Assembly (NCBI GenBank): GCA_030603385.1
Contig: JAUVXW010000020.1
Coordinates: forward strand, 1 to 64,000
Source of the DNA: Promethearchaeota archaeon
GTDB taxonomy: Archaea; Asgardarchaeota; Lokiarchaeia; Sigyniarchaeales; SOKP01
DNA: 64,000 nucleotides
Direction: 5' to 3'
Shown here: piece after piece, positions 17,870 to 28,961 of the stretch
How the letters are laid out: every line of letters starts with the position of its first letter
How positions within the stretch are numbered: position 1 is the first letter of the stretch
The notes under the pieces: generated by a model
What the model was told of the DNA's origin: nothing
The model's database searches: none
The model's input: only the letters and a program-made list of their open reading frames with translations
Program-made: the position numbers and the translations under genes

Positions 17870-18949
17870 TTACTCCATAAAAGTTATTGCTTTTTTTAAT
17901 GCTTTTTCAGCATCTTTTATAACCGTTTCGATGATATCTGAAACACTTTTGATTTGGTTTATAGCTCCTATACTTTGCCCTAACAATACATAACCATTCT
18001 CAACATCACCATCATAAGTTGCAAAAGCAGCAATTGCATCTTTTCTTAATTCTTCGGCAAGATCCTCCTGGGATATAGCAGAACGGTGATCTACCAATGA
18101 TTTTTCTTCAGCCATTTTTTCTTCTTTGCTTTTTACTAATCCTTTTGCCAGGGAAAATTTATTCCTCCAGAGTCTAATGGTTCCTAAACCTCCAGTTCTC
18201 ACAATCGTATCTTGAGCCTTAGCTGGTGGTACTACACTTTTATAGTTTTCATGAAATTCACTATCTTTAGATGCAATAAATCTCGATCCCATAGCAATTC
18301 CTCCTGCACCAAGAGCTAAAGCTGCGGCCATACCTGCTCCTGTTGCAAATCCCCCGCAAGCAATTTTAGGAATATCTGGATGTTTTTGCTGTACTTGCTG
18401 CAATAAAACCAAACCACCAACTTTTTCATATGATTGGTGGCCTCCACCTTCGAAACCTGTTACAACAAGCCCGTCACATCCCGCCGCAACACACTTATCT
18501 GCTAACCAAAGCGCAGGTGCAACATGAAAATGTTTAATCTGTGTATTTTCCCTTAATTTCTGGAAATCTTTGTTCTGGGGCATTCTTTTTGCTGAACCCG
18601 CACTGGTGAGCGCATATAGGCATTGTTCTTTCAATTTAGGATTTGCCATTATATGCTTTGCGGTTTCGGAGATAAATTTATCACAATCTGGTGTAAGTCT
18701 TGAAGTTCTTATGTTGAAACCAAAAATCCCGCCAGTATGCTCAACTACATAATCAAGATTTTTTTTCATGGCAACTATTGGGTCTGTTTCCCTACCATCC
18801 ATTGATTGGTGAGCATGAGAGATCATGCCAAGTCCACCTGCTTCTGAGACCGCTATAGCTAATTCGGTTGTTCTGAAAGGGCCCATCGCAGAACTTGCGA
18901 TTGGATGCTTAATTCCAAACATTTCGGTAATGTTAGTTTTTAATGTCAA
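17870..18949 (-). CDS. Nitronate monooxygenase / FabK-like FMN-dependent oxidoreductase
   Basis: FGIKHPI..AM, AVSEAGGLG, GFEGGGH, IACGGF, ALGAGGIAMGSRF, GQSIG. Confidence 0.88.
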   Translation of the reverse strand: MTLKTNITEMFGIKHPIASSAMGPFRTTELAIAVSEAGGLGMISHAHQSMDGRETDPIVAMKKNLDYVVEHTGGIFGFNIRTSRLTPDCDKFISETAKHIMANPKLKEQCLYALTSAGSAKRMPQNKDFQKLRENTQIKHFHVAPALWLADKCVAAGCDGLVVTGFEGGGHQSYEKVGGLVLLQQVQQKHPDIPKIACGGFATGAGMAAALALGAGGIAMGSRFIASKDSEFHENYKSVVPPAKAQDTIVRTGGLGTIRLWRNKFSLAKGLVKSKEEKMAEEKSLVDHRSAISQEDLAEELRKDAIAAFATYDGDVENGYVLLGQSIGAINQIKSVSDIIETVIKDAEKALKKAITFME

Positions 18950-19202
18950 AATAATACACCTTTATTCTAATTGAATTAGTAACTTAAAAAAACTTTCCTT
19001 TTCTATATCTTTATTTAAGTATCTTTGGCATACTTTTGGCACTAAACACGTTTCTCGAATTACCAAATACCTCTTGAATGAGATTTTTAAGGAGCAATAA
19101 TTTAATCGTTCTTTTATTATTTTTATCTCAGAAATCATCCAATCGATTCCTACTTGAAATAATTTTCGAATTATCAAATGCCTCTTGAATGGATTTAAAC
19201 TT

Positions 19203-19877
19203 TTAAAGCCGTTGAAGTGTGGAATATTGAGGAAATATTAATTTTATTTGTCTTTTTTTATACTGTTCTAATATCTGTTTTGGAGATCCCCATAAACCCT
19301 CTGTTAATTCATCACTAAATAAATTAATATTCTGATTTTGAGGAAATTTACATAAAAAGAATTGAGTATCAAATCTAATGGGTGATAATTTAGGGGTTAT
19401 CAATCTTCCAAAATATTTTAAATTATTCGCATCATAATAAAGATTTTCCTTAATTAGAACATCTGTCATAGTTTTTCGTTTTTTTTGAAGACTTTTCTGA
19501 TACTTTTTTAATTTCTTGGATTTTTCTTCAATTTTTCTAAGTGATTCTCCTGTTTTATCAGTAGCGATTAAAATCCCAGTTTCTTCAAACAACTCGCGGA
19601 TTGCGATTATCCACAGATTTTCTGGATCCTCACATATTTCTTTTAAATTATTAATGACATTTTCATCAATTCCTACTAGCCTTGCTCTTGATTCTTTATT
19701 TAAGTCTTGTTCATCAATGCCACCGCCAGGGAATACGTGGTGTTCACTCATAAATCTCGCATTTTTATGTCTTTTAGCCATGAATACTTCAAATTCACAA
19801 TTATCGTCAGATTCTAAGTCTAGCACTCGTTTACGTAATAAAACTACAGTAGCAGCTAATTTAGGTTCAACAGGCAT
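19203..19877 (-). CDS. NUDIX hydrolase (NUDT19-like acyl-CoA diphosphatase family), possibly C-terminally truncated
   Basis: AATVVLLR, FMSEHHVFPGG, AIRELFEETGIL, ITP...RFDTQFF. Confidence 0.85.
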   Translation of the reverse strand: MPVEPKLAATVVLLRKRVLDLESDDNCEFEVFMAKRHKNARFMSEHHVFPGGGIDEQDLNKESRARLVGIDENVINNLKEICEDPENLWIIAIRELFEETGILIATDKTGESLRKIEEKSKKLKKYQKSLQKKRKTMTDVLIKENLYYDANNLKYFGRLITPKLSPIRFDTQFFLCKFPQNQNINLFSDELTEGLWGSPKQILEQYKKRQIKLIFPQYSTLQRL

Positions 19878-19928
19878 TAAGAATCATTCTGTAATTATTT
19901 TAGAATTTTAAAAGATGAAAGATTTTAT

Positions 19929-20765
19929 TTATTTGTTTTTTACAAATCCCGTTTTAGAGAAATCTCTTGAAAAATATCTGCCTGGTTTATTATACGCTAC
20001 CTCACGCCATTCCACTACTTCCTCTATATTATGATCGCCTGTAATTACAATGATATCTCTATTTTTATACGAGTTTAACGCAATATCTACGACTTCTTCA
20101 GGGTGCATCGGTCCACCAAACTTACCAGGAGCAGCAGTAGCCGATTCACCCCAGATTTCCGAATGAGTATTTCCCGGACAAATACTTTTAAGCTTCACTT
20201 TTGATTTAATGAAATTTAATTTGAGCTGAACCATCTCCGTAAAAGCTGAAACAAATGCCTTAGTTGAATGATACATTGGTTCTCGCGAACCATATAATAT
20301 CAATGATGCGATTGAAGAGATGTTAAAAATTACCCCTCTGTCATTGTTTTGCATATTTTTCAGTGCAGCATGCATTAAGCGAGCTGTTGCACCACAATGA
20401 AGATTGATCATCTTCATAAAAATATTGATGTCGGAGTTTTTACTGATAAAATTTTCAGTGGTCCCGAATCCCGCATTATTAACCAATACATCAAGATTGT
20501 TGATTGTTTCAATATATGAAGCAATTTCTTCCAAAGATTCAGGTTGGGAAAGATCACCTGTAATAATCTCAACATTGATACCGTGTTTTTGCTTCAATTC
20601 TGCAGCAAGGGATTCCAATCTATTTTTTCTTCGAGCAGTAATAACTAAATCAAAACCTTGAGAGCTTAATATACGTGCGAAAGATTCTCCAATTCCTGAA
20701 CTCGCACCAGTAATTACTGCAATACCTGGTTCTTCTACATCCATAAAATTTATCTTTGCTGTCAT
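19929..20765 (-). CDS. Short-chain dehydrogenase/reductase (SDR)
   Basis: ITGASSGIG, NNAGFG, YHSTK catalytic motif. Confidence 0.9.
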   Translation of the reverse strand: MTAKINFMDVEEPGIAVITGASSGIGESFARILSSQGFDLVITARRKNRLESLAAELKQKHGINVEIITGDLSQPESLEEIASYIETINNLDVLVNNAGFGTTENFISKNSDINIFMKMINLHCGATARLMHAALKNMQNNDRGVIFNISSIASLILYGSREPMYHSTKAFVSAFTEMVQLKLNFIKSKVKLKSICPGNTHSEIWGESATAAPGKFGGPMHPEEVVDIALNSYKNRDIIVITGDHNIEEVVEWREVAYNKPGRYFSRDFSKTGFVKNK

Positions 20766-20897
20766 AATTTCACATTGATCTATTTATTCTTTAAAGTTAC
20801 TCTTAAAAAGCCAAGTTAACCTTTAGATAGACAAAATGTTTTTAACCTTTTAAATATCTTATAATGGCTCTTAATTGTAAAAAGACACAAATCTAAA

Positions 20898-22298
20898 TTA
20901 ATATTCAATTTTCTCCCATGGATTTTCAGACCAATAGAGAAGTATACCATCTTTTAATGTTTTATATACCTTATTTTGAAATTCCAAATAATCCAAATGA
21001 ACTAAGGTTTCACTAATTGCAAGAATTTGATTCATTAGGTCCAAATCATCCCCAAAATGGTGAAGAGCAATCTGAAGGGGTGTTATTGGATTATTTTGAA
21101 TGATTTTTGATATTTCATAAAGACGGTTTTGGTGGTGATTTTTAATTGCTGTTATTCTTTCGTGTGGAAAAAAAATTATTTGCTCATGTCCGGGTAGAAT
21201 GATTCTTGAATTCAGCTCATCGATTCGATCAAGTGATCTAAGATAATGTTCTAAGATGTTTTCATAGTTGTTTTTTTTGTTAAACTCTTCAGCACCTGGA
21301 ATTACCAGAGTGCCCAAGTGTGGAGTAATCTTACTTAGTATATGATCTCCAGAGAATAAAATACCTTTTTTAGGATAATATATACATATATGCCCAACCG
21401 AATGACCCGGAGAATGTATAATTTGTAATTCACCATCTACGATTCTATCATCATTATTAAGTAATAAATCTGGTTCAAAGTATTCAAATCTCATCCCGCC
21501 TGTACCAAACCGCTTAAGCATTAAATCAACTTCTTCCTTCTTAAGACCGTAACTAATAAGTAGTTGTCCCCTTTCCTTTATTTTTTCTTCCAAGTTAGTA
21601 TTTTCAATCAATTTCTTTCTTAATTTAGCTAGCTCATGAGCGATTTTGTGTATACAAATTTTAATATCTGGGTTTGCTCTCTTTAAATCTTTTACTAAAC
21701 CTACGTGATCGGGATGCTCATGTGAGATAATGCAATAATCAATCTCTTCAAGATTGATCTGTAGATCGTTCAAGGCTTTATAAAACGCATTTTGCCAATA
21801 TTTTGTTGAATAACCAGCATCGATAAGAACATTCTTACCTTTTACGGTAAAAAGATATAAGCTAACAATGTTAGAGAAACCGATATTAATCTGATTGATG
21901 CCTTCTAAAGAGAAAACCTTATAATATTCAAAATCTACTATATTAAACATACTTGAGAAGAAATTTCTTAAATCGTCAAAATCATTAATTTCTTTAGCTA
22001 AGTCAGGAAATTCATTCACAATAGGAGATCTAATTTTGTTATTAAAGAATTCATTGAAGGGTTCGTCACTCTCTATGAAAGTTACATATGAATCAAAAGA
22101 AAACCAAAAAAAATTTTGAAGTAATTCTTCTGGAAACTCAGTTCTTTTAGAAACCTCTTTAATGAATTGTCTGACTGATGTCTGGGGAATAAAATTGGTG
22201 AATTCTTGAAAAATTAAATTCTTTTGGTTAGTATCCAATTTGTATATATTGATTAATCTCTCTGCTTGAATTCTAGGGACTATAAGATCTTTACTCAT
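20898..22298 (-). CDS. Metallo-beta-lactamase-fold hydrolase with an extra N-terminal domain
   Basis: SHEHPDHVG, SPGHSVGH, FSGDH, PGH, ETLVHL. Confidence 0.85.
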   Translation of the reverse strand: MSKDLIVPRIQAERLINIYKLDTNQKNLIFQEFTNFIPQTSVRQFIKEVSKRTEFPEELLQNFFWFSFDSYVTFIESDEPFNEFFNNKIRSPIVNEFPDLAKEINDFDDLRNFFSSMFNIVDFEYYKVFSLEGINQINIGFSNIVSLYLFTVKGKNVLIDAGYSTKYWQNAFYKALNDLQINLEEIDYCIISHEHPDHVGLVKDLKRANPDIKICIHKIAHELAKLRKKLIENTNLEEKIKERGQLLISYGLKKEEVDLMLKRFGTGGMRFEYFEPDLLLNNDDRIVDGELQIIHSPGHSVGHICIYYPKKGILFSGDHILSKITPHLGTLVIPGAEEFNKKNNYENILEHYLRSLDRIDELNSRIILPGHEQIIFFPHERITAIKNHHQNRLYEISKIIQNNPITPLQIALHHFGDDLDLMNQILAISETLVHLDYLEFQNKVYKTLKDGILLYWSENPWEKIEY

Positions 22299-22527
22299 CT
22301 AAACTATTAAGACTCGTTTATTATATTGAAAAAATTAAAAACAAATACGGTTTTTAAAAATAAAAGATAAGGAAATGTAATAAATTTTCTCAAAAAGACA
22401 CTTTAACTAATCTAAGAGTGATGATTTGATTGCGCATATTTATAATTTGTAAGAGAGAGCATCATTTAGAAATTTTTAGGAGATAGGATTTTCCAGCATT
22501 GCTTTTAAATAAAAGTTTAACATAATT

Positions 22528-23421
22528 TTACTCGAAAAGTAGGGTTCCTCCATCAAATATAGGTTTCATTCCTAATTGGGAGGCTTTTTCCTTCATTTCT
22601 TCATCAGTAGGTTCGATTTCGAAGCGACTAGCAGCATCGAGTATTTTAGGTAAAAGATGAATATCAGAGCTTGTATTGAGGAAAATCTCTTCCCTCTTCA
22701 AAACCCAATGAACAGCACGGTCAATATCAGTTTGATCCTCAAAAGGTTCATACCATGTCGCCTGGATCCTTTTTCTATTACCCCATGGACGGCGTGCTAA
22801 AGACTTTATTGTCTGAACTGCAATATTTTGGTTATTGCATATTTTTAAAAGGTTTTCAAAGTCTGTTGCATATTTTGGGTCTTGCATCATAATATAGTTA
22901 TATGGTAATAGAACAGAGTTAAACTCAAAGCGTTCCAAACTCCGAATGTGCATCGAAGCTACATTAAATCCGTGACCTGTTATCCCGATATGTTTTACAA
23001 ATCCTTGTTCGCGGGCTTCAACGAGAGCTTTCAAAGCCCCATCAGGGCCCATTACTTTTTCCCAACTACTTGGATTTATCAAATTATGGATCTGTATTAG
23101 GTCTATTGAAGAAACCTGCAATCGTTTAAGTGATTGTTCTATCTGTTCACGGGTGTCTTGATAGGAACGCCTAAATACTTTTGTGGCAAGGAAAAATTTA
23201 CTACGGTGTTTCTCCATCCAAGGACCGATACGTAATTCTGATTCTCCGTAGCCAGCGGCTGTGTCAATATGGTTGACTCCATATTTCAGGAGCACATCGA
23301 GCGTCTGGTCCGCTTCATCCTGAGTTACATTACTCAGAGCTGCAGCTCCAAAAATAGTCCGTGTACTCAAATGCCCTGTATTACCGAATTTTTGTTTAAT
23401 GATCATTTTTCTATCTACCAA
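22528..23421 (-). CDS. Aldo/keto reductase
   Basis: [37 protein letters not shown]. Confidence 0.9.
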   Translation of the reverse strand: MVDRKMIIKQKFGNTGHLSTRTIFGAAALSNVTQDEADQTLDVLLKYGVNHIDTAAGYGESELRIGPWMEKHRSKFFLATKVFRRSYQDTREQIEQSLKRLQVSSIDLIQIHNLINPSSWEKVMGPDGALKALVEAREQGFVKHIGITGHGFNVASMHIRSLERFEFNSVLLPYNYIMMQDPKYATDFENLLKICNNQNIAVQTIKSLARRPWGNRKRIQATWYEPFEDQTDIDRAVHWVLKREEIFLNTSSDIHLLPKILDAASRFEIEPTDEEMKEKASQLGMKPIFDGGTLLFE

Positions 23422-23473
23422 TTATTTCATTCATTTTCTAAAATAAATATTATATCTCTTTTTATTTTACACT

Positions 23474-25333
23474 TTAGAAATTATAACCTGCATTCATAAT
23501 TTTTTTATAAATTTCTTTTGCTAAAAGAGTATAATCAGAAGCATTAGGTAAAAGAACATATATCGGGTCATTAAGTTTGGTTAAGTCATATCCTTCCTTT
23601 TTCAAGCCTCCTTTTTGGATTTTGAGAGTTGCTGTAGCATCGAATTTCTCTGTGAAACGAATGAATTTTGGCACAGCATATTCAGGTAAAAATTTTTTTA
23701 GTAATTCTATAAAACTTCTAAAATCAAAATTTTCTGCGGAATTTGAATTAGTAATAATTGCTGTCATTCCAGCCCGTCCTTCTGTATTTGGAATTTGAAC
23801 ACCATATGCAGTACTTGAGCTTATTTGCTCAAATAGATTAACTACAGACTCTACTTCTTCAGTTGAGACATTCTCGCCCTTCCATCTAAATGTATCACCC
23901 AAGCGATCTACGAATTGAGCATGCGCATATCCAATTTCGCGTAATAAATCTCCTGTATTCATATACATATCTCCTTTTTCAAAAACATCGCGAAATATCT
24001 TTTTTTCATCAGCCTTTTTGTCAGTATACATATAAAAATACTGTGGATCTAGTTGACCTAAAAGAAGTCCGGCTTCACCTGGTTCAGCTCTGATCATACA
24101 ACCATTTTCATCCCTGATAGGCTCATCTACATCAATATCATATTTTACAATCGCATATTCTGATCCACAAAAGCCAACAGTACAGTCTAGATTATATCTA
24201 TTTGCAAAATTTGGACAAAATCTCTCAGTAGCACCGTAAAATTCAAAGATTCTAGGAATTCCGAACCTCTTTTTGAAATCCATCCACATTTCATTACGTA
24301 AACCATTACCAACAATTTTTTTCACTTTATGTTTTCGGTCTGTTGGCTTAGGTGGTTGATTGTACAAATATCGGCAAATTTCTCCTATATAGTTAAAGGA
24401 GGTAGCTTTAAATTTAATAGCATCATCCCAGAATTTACTAGCACTAAATTTCCTTCGAATCGCCATAGCAGAACCGTGTCTAAGTGCCGCAGCATAAGCT
24501 ACGTTAATCGCATTTGAATGAAATAGAGGTGTCGTGATATACATTACATCTTTTCGCTTCATTCCGATAACAGTGTCTCCCCAATAAAATGAAGCACCTA
24601 CAGTATGACCATGTGTTATAATAGCTGCTTTAGGAAGCCCGGTGGTTCCACTTGTAAAGATGTAAGCATACGGATCTTTCGCTTGTAAATGAGCTGAAGT
24701 AGGGGGATTTATAGCCTCCTCATTTTTAACAAGTTCATAAAGATTTTTAAATCCTGAAGGGGGATCAATTTCACCTGTATCAGGTAAAAAATAGAGGTGT
24801 TTTGATTGTTCTTCAGTTAAATTGAGTTGGGTCCTTGCATCTTCAAATGCCTCAATGAGTTCTTCTCCAATTATAAACACTTTTCCTGGAGCGTGACTAA
24901 TGCTATGGATTAACGGTTTTTCTCTTTGCTTTGTGTTAATTAAGGAAGATATAACGCCAATTTTTGCTAAACCAACTATTGTAAACATAATTTCAGGTCG
25001 ATTCATTAGATAAACGATTGCTACGTCTCCTTTTTTCAAACCTACTTTATTAAGAAAGAAATTGGCATATCGATTACACCATTCATTATATTCTTTATGG
25101 GTATATTTTTTGTCTTCAAATAGAATGGCAGTTTTATCTGGGTATTTTTGGGCGTGTAATTCTGTACAAAGAGCAATGTTGCTGTTGGATTCAGGTGTCA
25201 TTTTTAAACCTTCCTCTATTGCTTTAGCCATTCTTCTTCGTTTATGAAGTGCAAACAACCAGGCTCTTATATAGTCTTTTTTTGTCAATAAATATTCATT
25301 CTTTGAATTCTTTCTATTTTTTTTCTTGCTCAT
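23474..25333 (-). CDS. Long-chain acyl-CoA synthetase of the FATP/VLACS family
   Basis: YIFTSGTTGLPKAA, YIGEICRYL, EFYGATE, DRLGDTFRWKGENVST, GRAGM. Confidence 0.92.
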   Translation of the reverse strand: MSKKKNRKNSKNEYLLTKKDYIRAWLFALHKRRRMAKAIEEGLKMTPESNSNIALCTELHAQKYPDKTAILFEDKKYTHKEYNEWCNRYANFFLNKVGLKKGDVAIVYLMNRPEIMFTIVGLAKIGVISSLINTKQREKPLIHSISHAPGKVFIIGEELIEAFEDARTQLNLTEEQSKHLYFLPDTGEIDPPSGFKNLYELVKNEEAINPPTSAHLQAKDPYAYIFTSGTTGLPKAAIITHGHTVGASFYWGDTVIGMKRKDVMYITTPLFHSNAINVAYAAALRHGSAMAIRRKFSASKFWDDAIKFKATSFNYIGEICRYLYNQPPKPTDRKHKVKKIVGNGLRNEMWMDFKKRFGIPRIFEFYGATERFCPNFANRYNLDCTVGFCGSEYAIVKYDIDVDEPIRDENGCMIRAEPGEAGLLLGQLDPQYFYMYTDKKADEKKIFRDVFEKGDMYMNTGDLLREIGYAHAQFVDRLGDTFRWKGENVSTEEVESVVNLFEQISSSTAYGVQIPNTEGRAGMTAIITNSNSAENFDFRSFIELLKKFLPEYAVPKFIRFTEKFDATATLKIQKGGLKKEGYDLTKLNDPIYVLLPNASDYTLLAKEIYKKIMNAGYNF

Positions 25334-25606
25334 ATACTCAACTCGTCTTCATTAATAGGAAGCTCTCTTTATCAACACTCATTTATTTGCTTTAATTCTA
25401 TATTGAAAAAAATATTACTTTTCTAAAAAACTCTAATAATATATTAATTAAATGACATTTTTGGAATAAATGAAAAATTTAAAAGAAATATTCAAACTAA
25501 TTATTTTATTTGAAGTTCGCAAAAAAATATATTGGCGAACAGTTTTTAAATACTTAAAGAGAAATATTTAGCTGAAAATTAAAATAAATAAATCAAGTAG
25601 TCTTTT

Positions 25607-27103
25607 ATGAGCGAAGAAGAAAAGTTTAGTACAATAATTCAAGAAATTAAAGAGATTTTTTTAACATTAACTCAAGGGGAACCGAGCCCAGATGATGAAA
25701 TTGAAGCCCGAGCAGCCCTAATTGAAAAAATTCAAGATTTAAACGAAGTAGATGCCTTTCAAGTTGGAGCAAATATGCGTCTGTTCGAAGATACTCTTAC
25801 TAAATTGGAAAATTGGGATACGCTTGATTTATGGTTTACAGAGTCAGAATTACCTAAAGAAATTAAAAAAATTATAAATATCACAGAAACATTACCAGTA
25901 GTCGAAGAAAAAGAGGAAGTAAAGGAGATATTTAGGAAACAAGCGCAGTCTGATTTGGATTCAGTGAAAATTGATATAAATGAGATTGTTGATAAAGTAT
26001 CTGATAAATTTAAGGGTGAAATAGATGACCTTAAACAAAAAATTGAATATTTAAAGCATGAATTAGATGAACAAGATAGACCAAAAAGAGTCGTAAAAAA
26101 AATTAGGCCTAGAAAAGACGTAAAACTACCTCCACCAAAAATAAAGATACCTGTCATTAAAAAACCTGCTGTGATACCTCAAGTTAAGGGACCAAATAAA
26201 ATAGAAGTTGAAAAACCCAAAGAAAAAATAGGAGTAAAGTCGATCGAACAAGTTCAGGCAAAAATAGAGAGAGAAATAGAAAAATTAAAACCTACTCCTC
26301 CCATTGAGGAAAAACCGAAAATATATGAAGAGATGCAAGAGGAAGCAAAATCAGTTTTAAATATTCTTGAAGAATTAGAGCCTTCTCCAAGCTCCACTCA
26401 ACTTGAAATAAGTATAGATTCATCTAAAGAACCTACATCAATTTTAGATATACTTGACGAACAAAAAACTGTTCCAAAAGTATTGGAACCAAGCATCGTC
26501 GAGGATAAAACTGAACATTCAAAAAAACCTTCAATAATTACCGAGGTTTCTCTTGTCGAAGAAGAATCACAAGAACAACAAAGAACAACACCATTTATTC
26601 CTAAAAAGCCGAAAATTACAACTGTAAGTGTAGAAGAAATTGAGACTGAAGAAATTAAGTCAAGTGGAATGGATTTATTTGATGTTTTTTCTTCAGTTGG
26701 AAATAAGCCAGTTGAGAAAACCTCAACACCCGTAGAATTACCCAGTTTAGAACCTATAAAAGAAAAAAAGGAGAAAGAAGTTAAAAAGAAAAAGAAAGAA
26801 ATTGACGCAATGCCTTTCGTTGATTTTGGTTCTGATGAGCCAGAAATAGGTACCCAAGAAGAATCTACTTCAATTAGCTCAGAAGAATTACCTACAGATA
26901 AAGATACTCTATATCAAGAATTAATAGCGCTTGAAGGAAGACGATACTCGCTGGAAAAGAACTTTAAAGAGGTAGAAAAGAGTTACAATATGGGATCCAT
27001 TGACGATTTTGACTATAAAAATCGAAGTGATGATCTTAATAGTAAATTAGATGGAATAACTTCTCGAATTAACAAGATAAGAAGAGTAATAGCAAGCATG
27101 TAA
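25607..27103 (+). CDS. Hypothetical protein: helical N-domain, long Pro/Glu/Lys-rich linker, C-terminal coiled-coil hairpin
   Basis: 498-aa ORF; call based on composition and heptad patterns. Confidence 0.75.
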   Translation: MSEEEKFSTIIQEIKEIFLTLTQGEPSPDDEIEARAALIEKIQDLNEVDAFQVGANMRLFEDTLTKLENWDTLDLWFTESELPKEIKKIINITETLPVVEEKEEVKEIFRKQAQSDLDSVKIDINEIVDKVSDKFKGEIDDLKQKIEYLKHELDEQDRPKRVVKKIRPRKDVKLPPPKIKIPVIKKPAVIPQVKGPNKIEVEKPKEKIGVKSIEQVQAKIEREIEKLKPTPPIEEKPKIYEEMQEEAKSVLNILEELEPSPSSTQLEISIDSSKEPTSILDILDEQKTVPKVLEPSIVEDKTEHSKKPSIITEVSLVEEESQEQQRTTPFIPKKPKITTVSVEEIETEEIKSSGMDLFDVFSSVGNKPVEKTSTPVELPSLEPIKEKKEKEVKKKKKEIDAMPFVDFGSDEPEIGTQEESTSISSEELPTDKDTLYQELIALEGRRYSLEKNFKEVEKSYNMGSIDDFDYKNRSDDLNSKLDGITSRINKIRRVIASM

Positions 27104-27126
27104 AAAATATTTAGCTATTATCAGAT

Positions 27127-27897
27127 TTATCCTATTTTATAAATTGGTGGCATTTTTAGTTTATGTTGCGATGATCTCATCATTTCCTTAACTTTTTCTA
27201 TGTCGCTTCTATTGAGATCATTTAAATCTAAGTTATAATCTATCCTATATATTATTTCATCTAATAAATCGTATTTCATACCTATTTCTCCCTCGTCTGT
27301 TTGACCCTCCCATAATCCTGCTGAAGGTGGTTTATTGATGATATTTTCGGGGATATTCAATTTCGTTGCTATTTCTCTTACTTCACATTTATAAAGTCCT
27401 CCTAAAGGTTCGATATCAACTCCACCATCTCCATATTTTGTAAAATACCCTATTGCTAATTCAGATCTATTTCCTGTTCCTCCAATCAAATAATTTCCCT
27501 TAGATTGTGCCGTAAAATACCCTGTTACCATCCTTAATCGAGCTTTTAAATTTGCTGTTGCGAGGTTATTTGATTCAATAATATTTGCAGTTATTTTCAT
27601 AATTTCTTCATAAACAGATGACAAATCAAAGATTATAAATTCTATCCCTAACTGGGATGCTAACAATTTAGCATCACTCAAATCTTTAGGATTTGATAAA
27701 CAAGGTAAACCCAATCCTATTACGGCATCCTTTCCTATTGCGTTAGCGCATAAAGATGATGTTACAGCACTATCAATGCCTCCACTTATCCCAACAACAA
27801 TTCCATCAGCATTAGCAGACTTACAATAATCGTTTATCCATTCTTGAATTTCAGAAATTATTCGTTCATAATCTAATTTCCGCATATTATTTTTCAA
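27127..27897 (-). CDS. nadE: NH3-dependent NAD+ synthetase
   Basis: GISGGIDS, NLKARLRM, GYFTKYGDG, PPSAGLWEGQTDE. Confidence 0.95.
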   Translation of the reverse strand: MKNNMRKLDYERIISEIQEWINDYCKSANADGIVVGISGGIDSAVTSSLCANAIGKDAVIGLGLPCLSNPKDLSDAKLLASQLGIEFIIFDLSSVYEEIMKITANIIESNNLATANLKARLRMVTGYFTAQSKGNYLIGGTGNRSELAIGYFTKYGDGGVDIEPLGGLYKCEVREIATKLNIPENIINKPPSAGLWEGQTDEGEIGMKYDLLDEIIYRIDYNLDLNDLNRSDIEKVKEMMRSSQHKLKMPPIYKIG

Positions 27898-28033
27898 TTA
27901 TTCTTTTATTTAAAATTCTTTTAATATAATTATTCTAAAAGCTAAGATTAAAATAGAAATTTTAAAATTATAAAATTAGAAAAATCTTCTTAATTAATCA
28001 AAGTTTAATATAAACCTAGAGGAATGATATGGT

Positions 28034-28444
28034 ATGAGTGAGGAATTTAAAGCAATCGTAGATTCATCCTACGATAAAGGAACACCTTTTTGGCTTTATA
28101 CAAGTGATTACATTTTTGGAATGATCCCAACTGATAATGATCGTTGGATTGAGGTTTCCTACACTTTTGAAGAACCAGATGAGCCATTTTTCAAAACCGA
28201 AAGAAACGCAGATTTATCATTTCAATTTCTCCTTGAGGAAGTTGAAAAGGGAGTATCGTTTTATGTTGAGGATTTAAAAGTTCCATTATTGAAAGAGTTC
28301 ACGATTACTCTAGAAGGTAAATCTGGAATTGACAAAATGAATGCTATTATATCTGAGTTAATTGGCAATTCAGCTAAATATTCTGTTAATCTTCCAATTA
28401 TAAAAAGTAAAGATCAACTTAATAAGTTAAAAGAAAAGGTTTAA
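28034..28444 (+). CDS. Hypothetical protein
   Basis: 136-aa ORF with GAGG SD-like sequence upstream; no motif recognised. Confidence 0.7.
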   Translation: MSEEFKAIVDSSYDKGTPFWLYTSDYIFGMIPTDNDRWIEVSYTFEEPDEPFFKTERNADLSFQFLLEEVEKGVSFYVEDLKVPLLKEFTITLEGKSGIDKMNAIISELIGNSAKYSVNLPIIKSKDQLNKLKEKV

Positions 28445-28469
28445 TACTTAATTGAAGAACTTTGAAAAA

Positions 28470-28961
28470 TTAAATATACAAGTTCTTTCTCTGAGGGTAT
28501 TTTTTAATAAAAGCCTCATCGACTCTACGACGAAGCTGGTAACCCAGATTTGCATCTTTCTCATTAATTATTTTCTTTATGTAGTCTCCTTTTTCTTGTG
28601 AGTATTTTTCTATTCCAGATGCTATAACACTTTTGTTTTCTTTTATTGGAACAACCATCCCAAAGAATCGAAGCATGTCGTTTGGAGACATTTTTTTTCC
28701 TACTCTTTCATCAATATCTTTATCAAGATTCCTAACCACTGTACCCATTGACAATGCTGAAAATGGGCTTAATTGTTTTGATTTCAACCAAAAATGATTA
28801 GGCTTTTTTGATATGATTGTATCTGAGTTTCCGTCTCTATCTTTTGAGCCTATCACTCTCCAATCTTTTGGGTCATCCTTATATTTTTTCAACATTCGTT
28901 TAGCTATAACACTGATTGGGGCAACACCGTAATAATCCTGTTCTTCTTCGTTATCAGTCAT
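28470..28961 (-). CDS. Hypothetical protein
   Basis: 163-aa ORF; no motif recognised. Confidence 0.7.
   Translation of the reverse strand: MTDNEEEQDYYGVAPISVIAKRMLKKYKDDPKDWRVIGSKDRDGNSDTIISKKPNHFWLKSKQLSPFSALSMGTVVRNLDKDIDERVGKKMSPNDMLRFFGMVVPIKENKSVIASGIEKYSQEKGDYIKKIINEKDANLGYQLRRRVDEAFIKKYPQRKNLYI

Noticed and set aside
18962-19177. 71-aa minus-strand ORF and other short antisense or alternate-frame ORFs in the track
   Set aside because: No motifs or SD sequences; they overlap well-supported genes or the duplicated NUDIX tail and are best treated as shadow ORFs.
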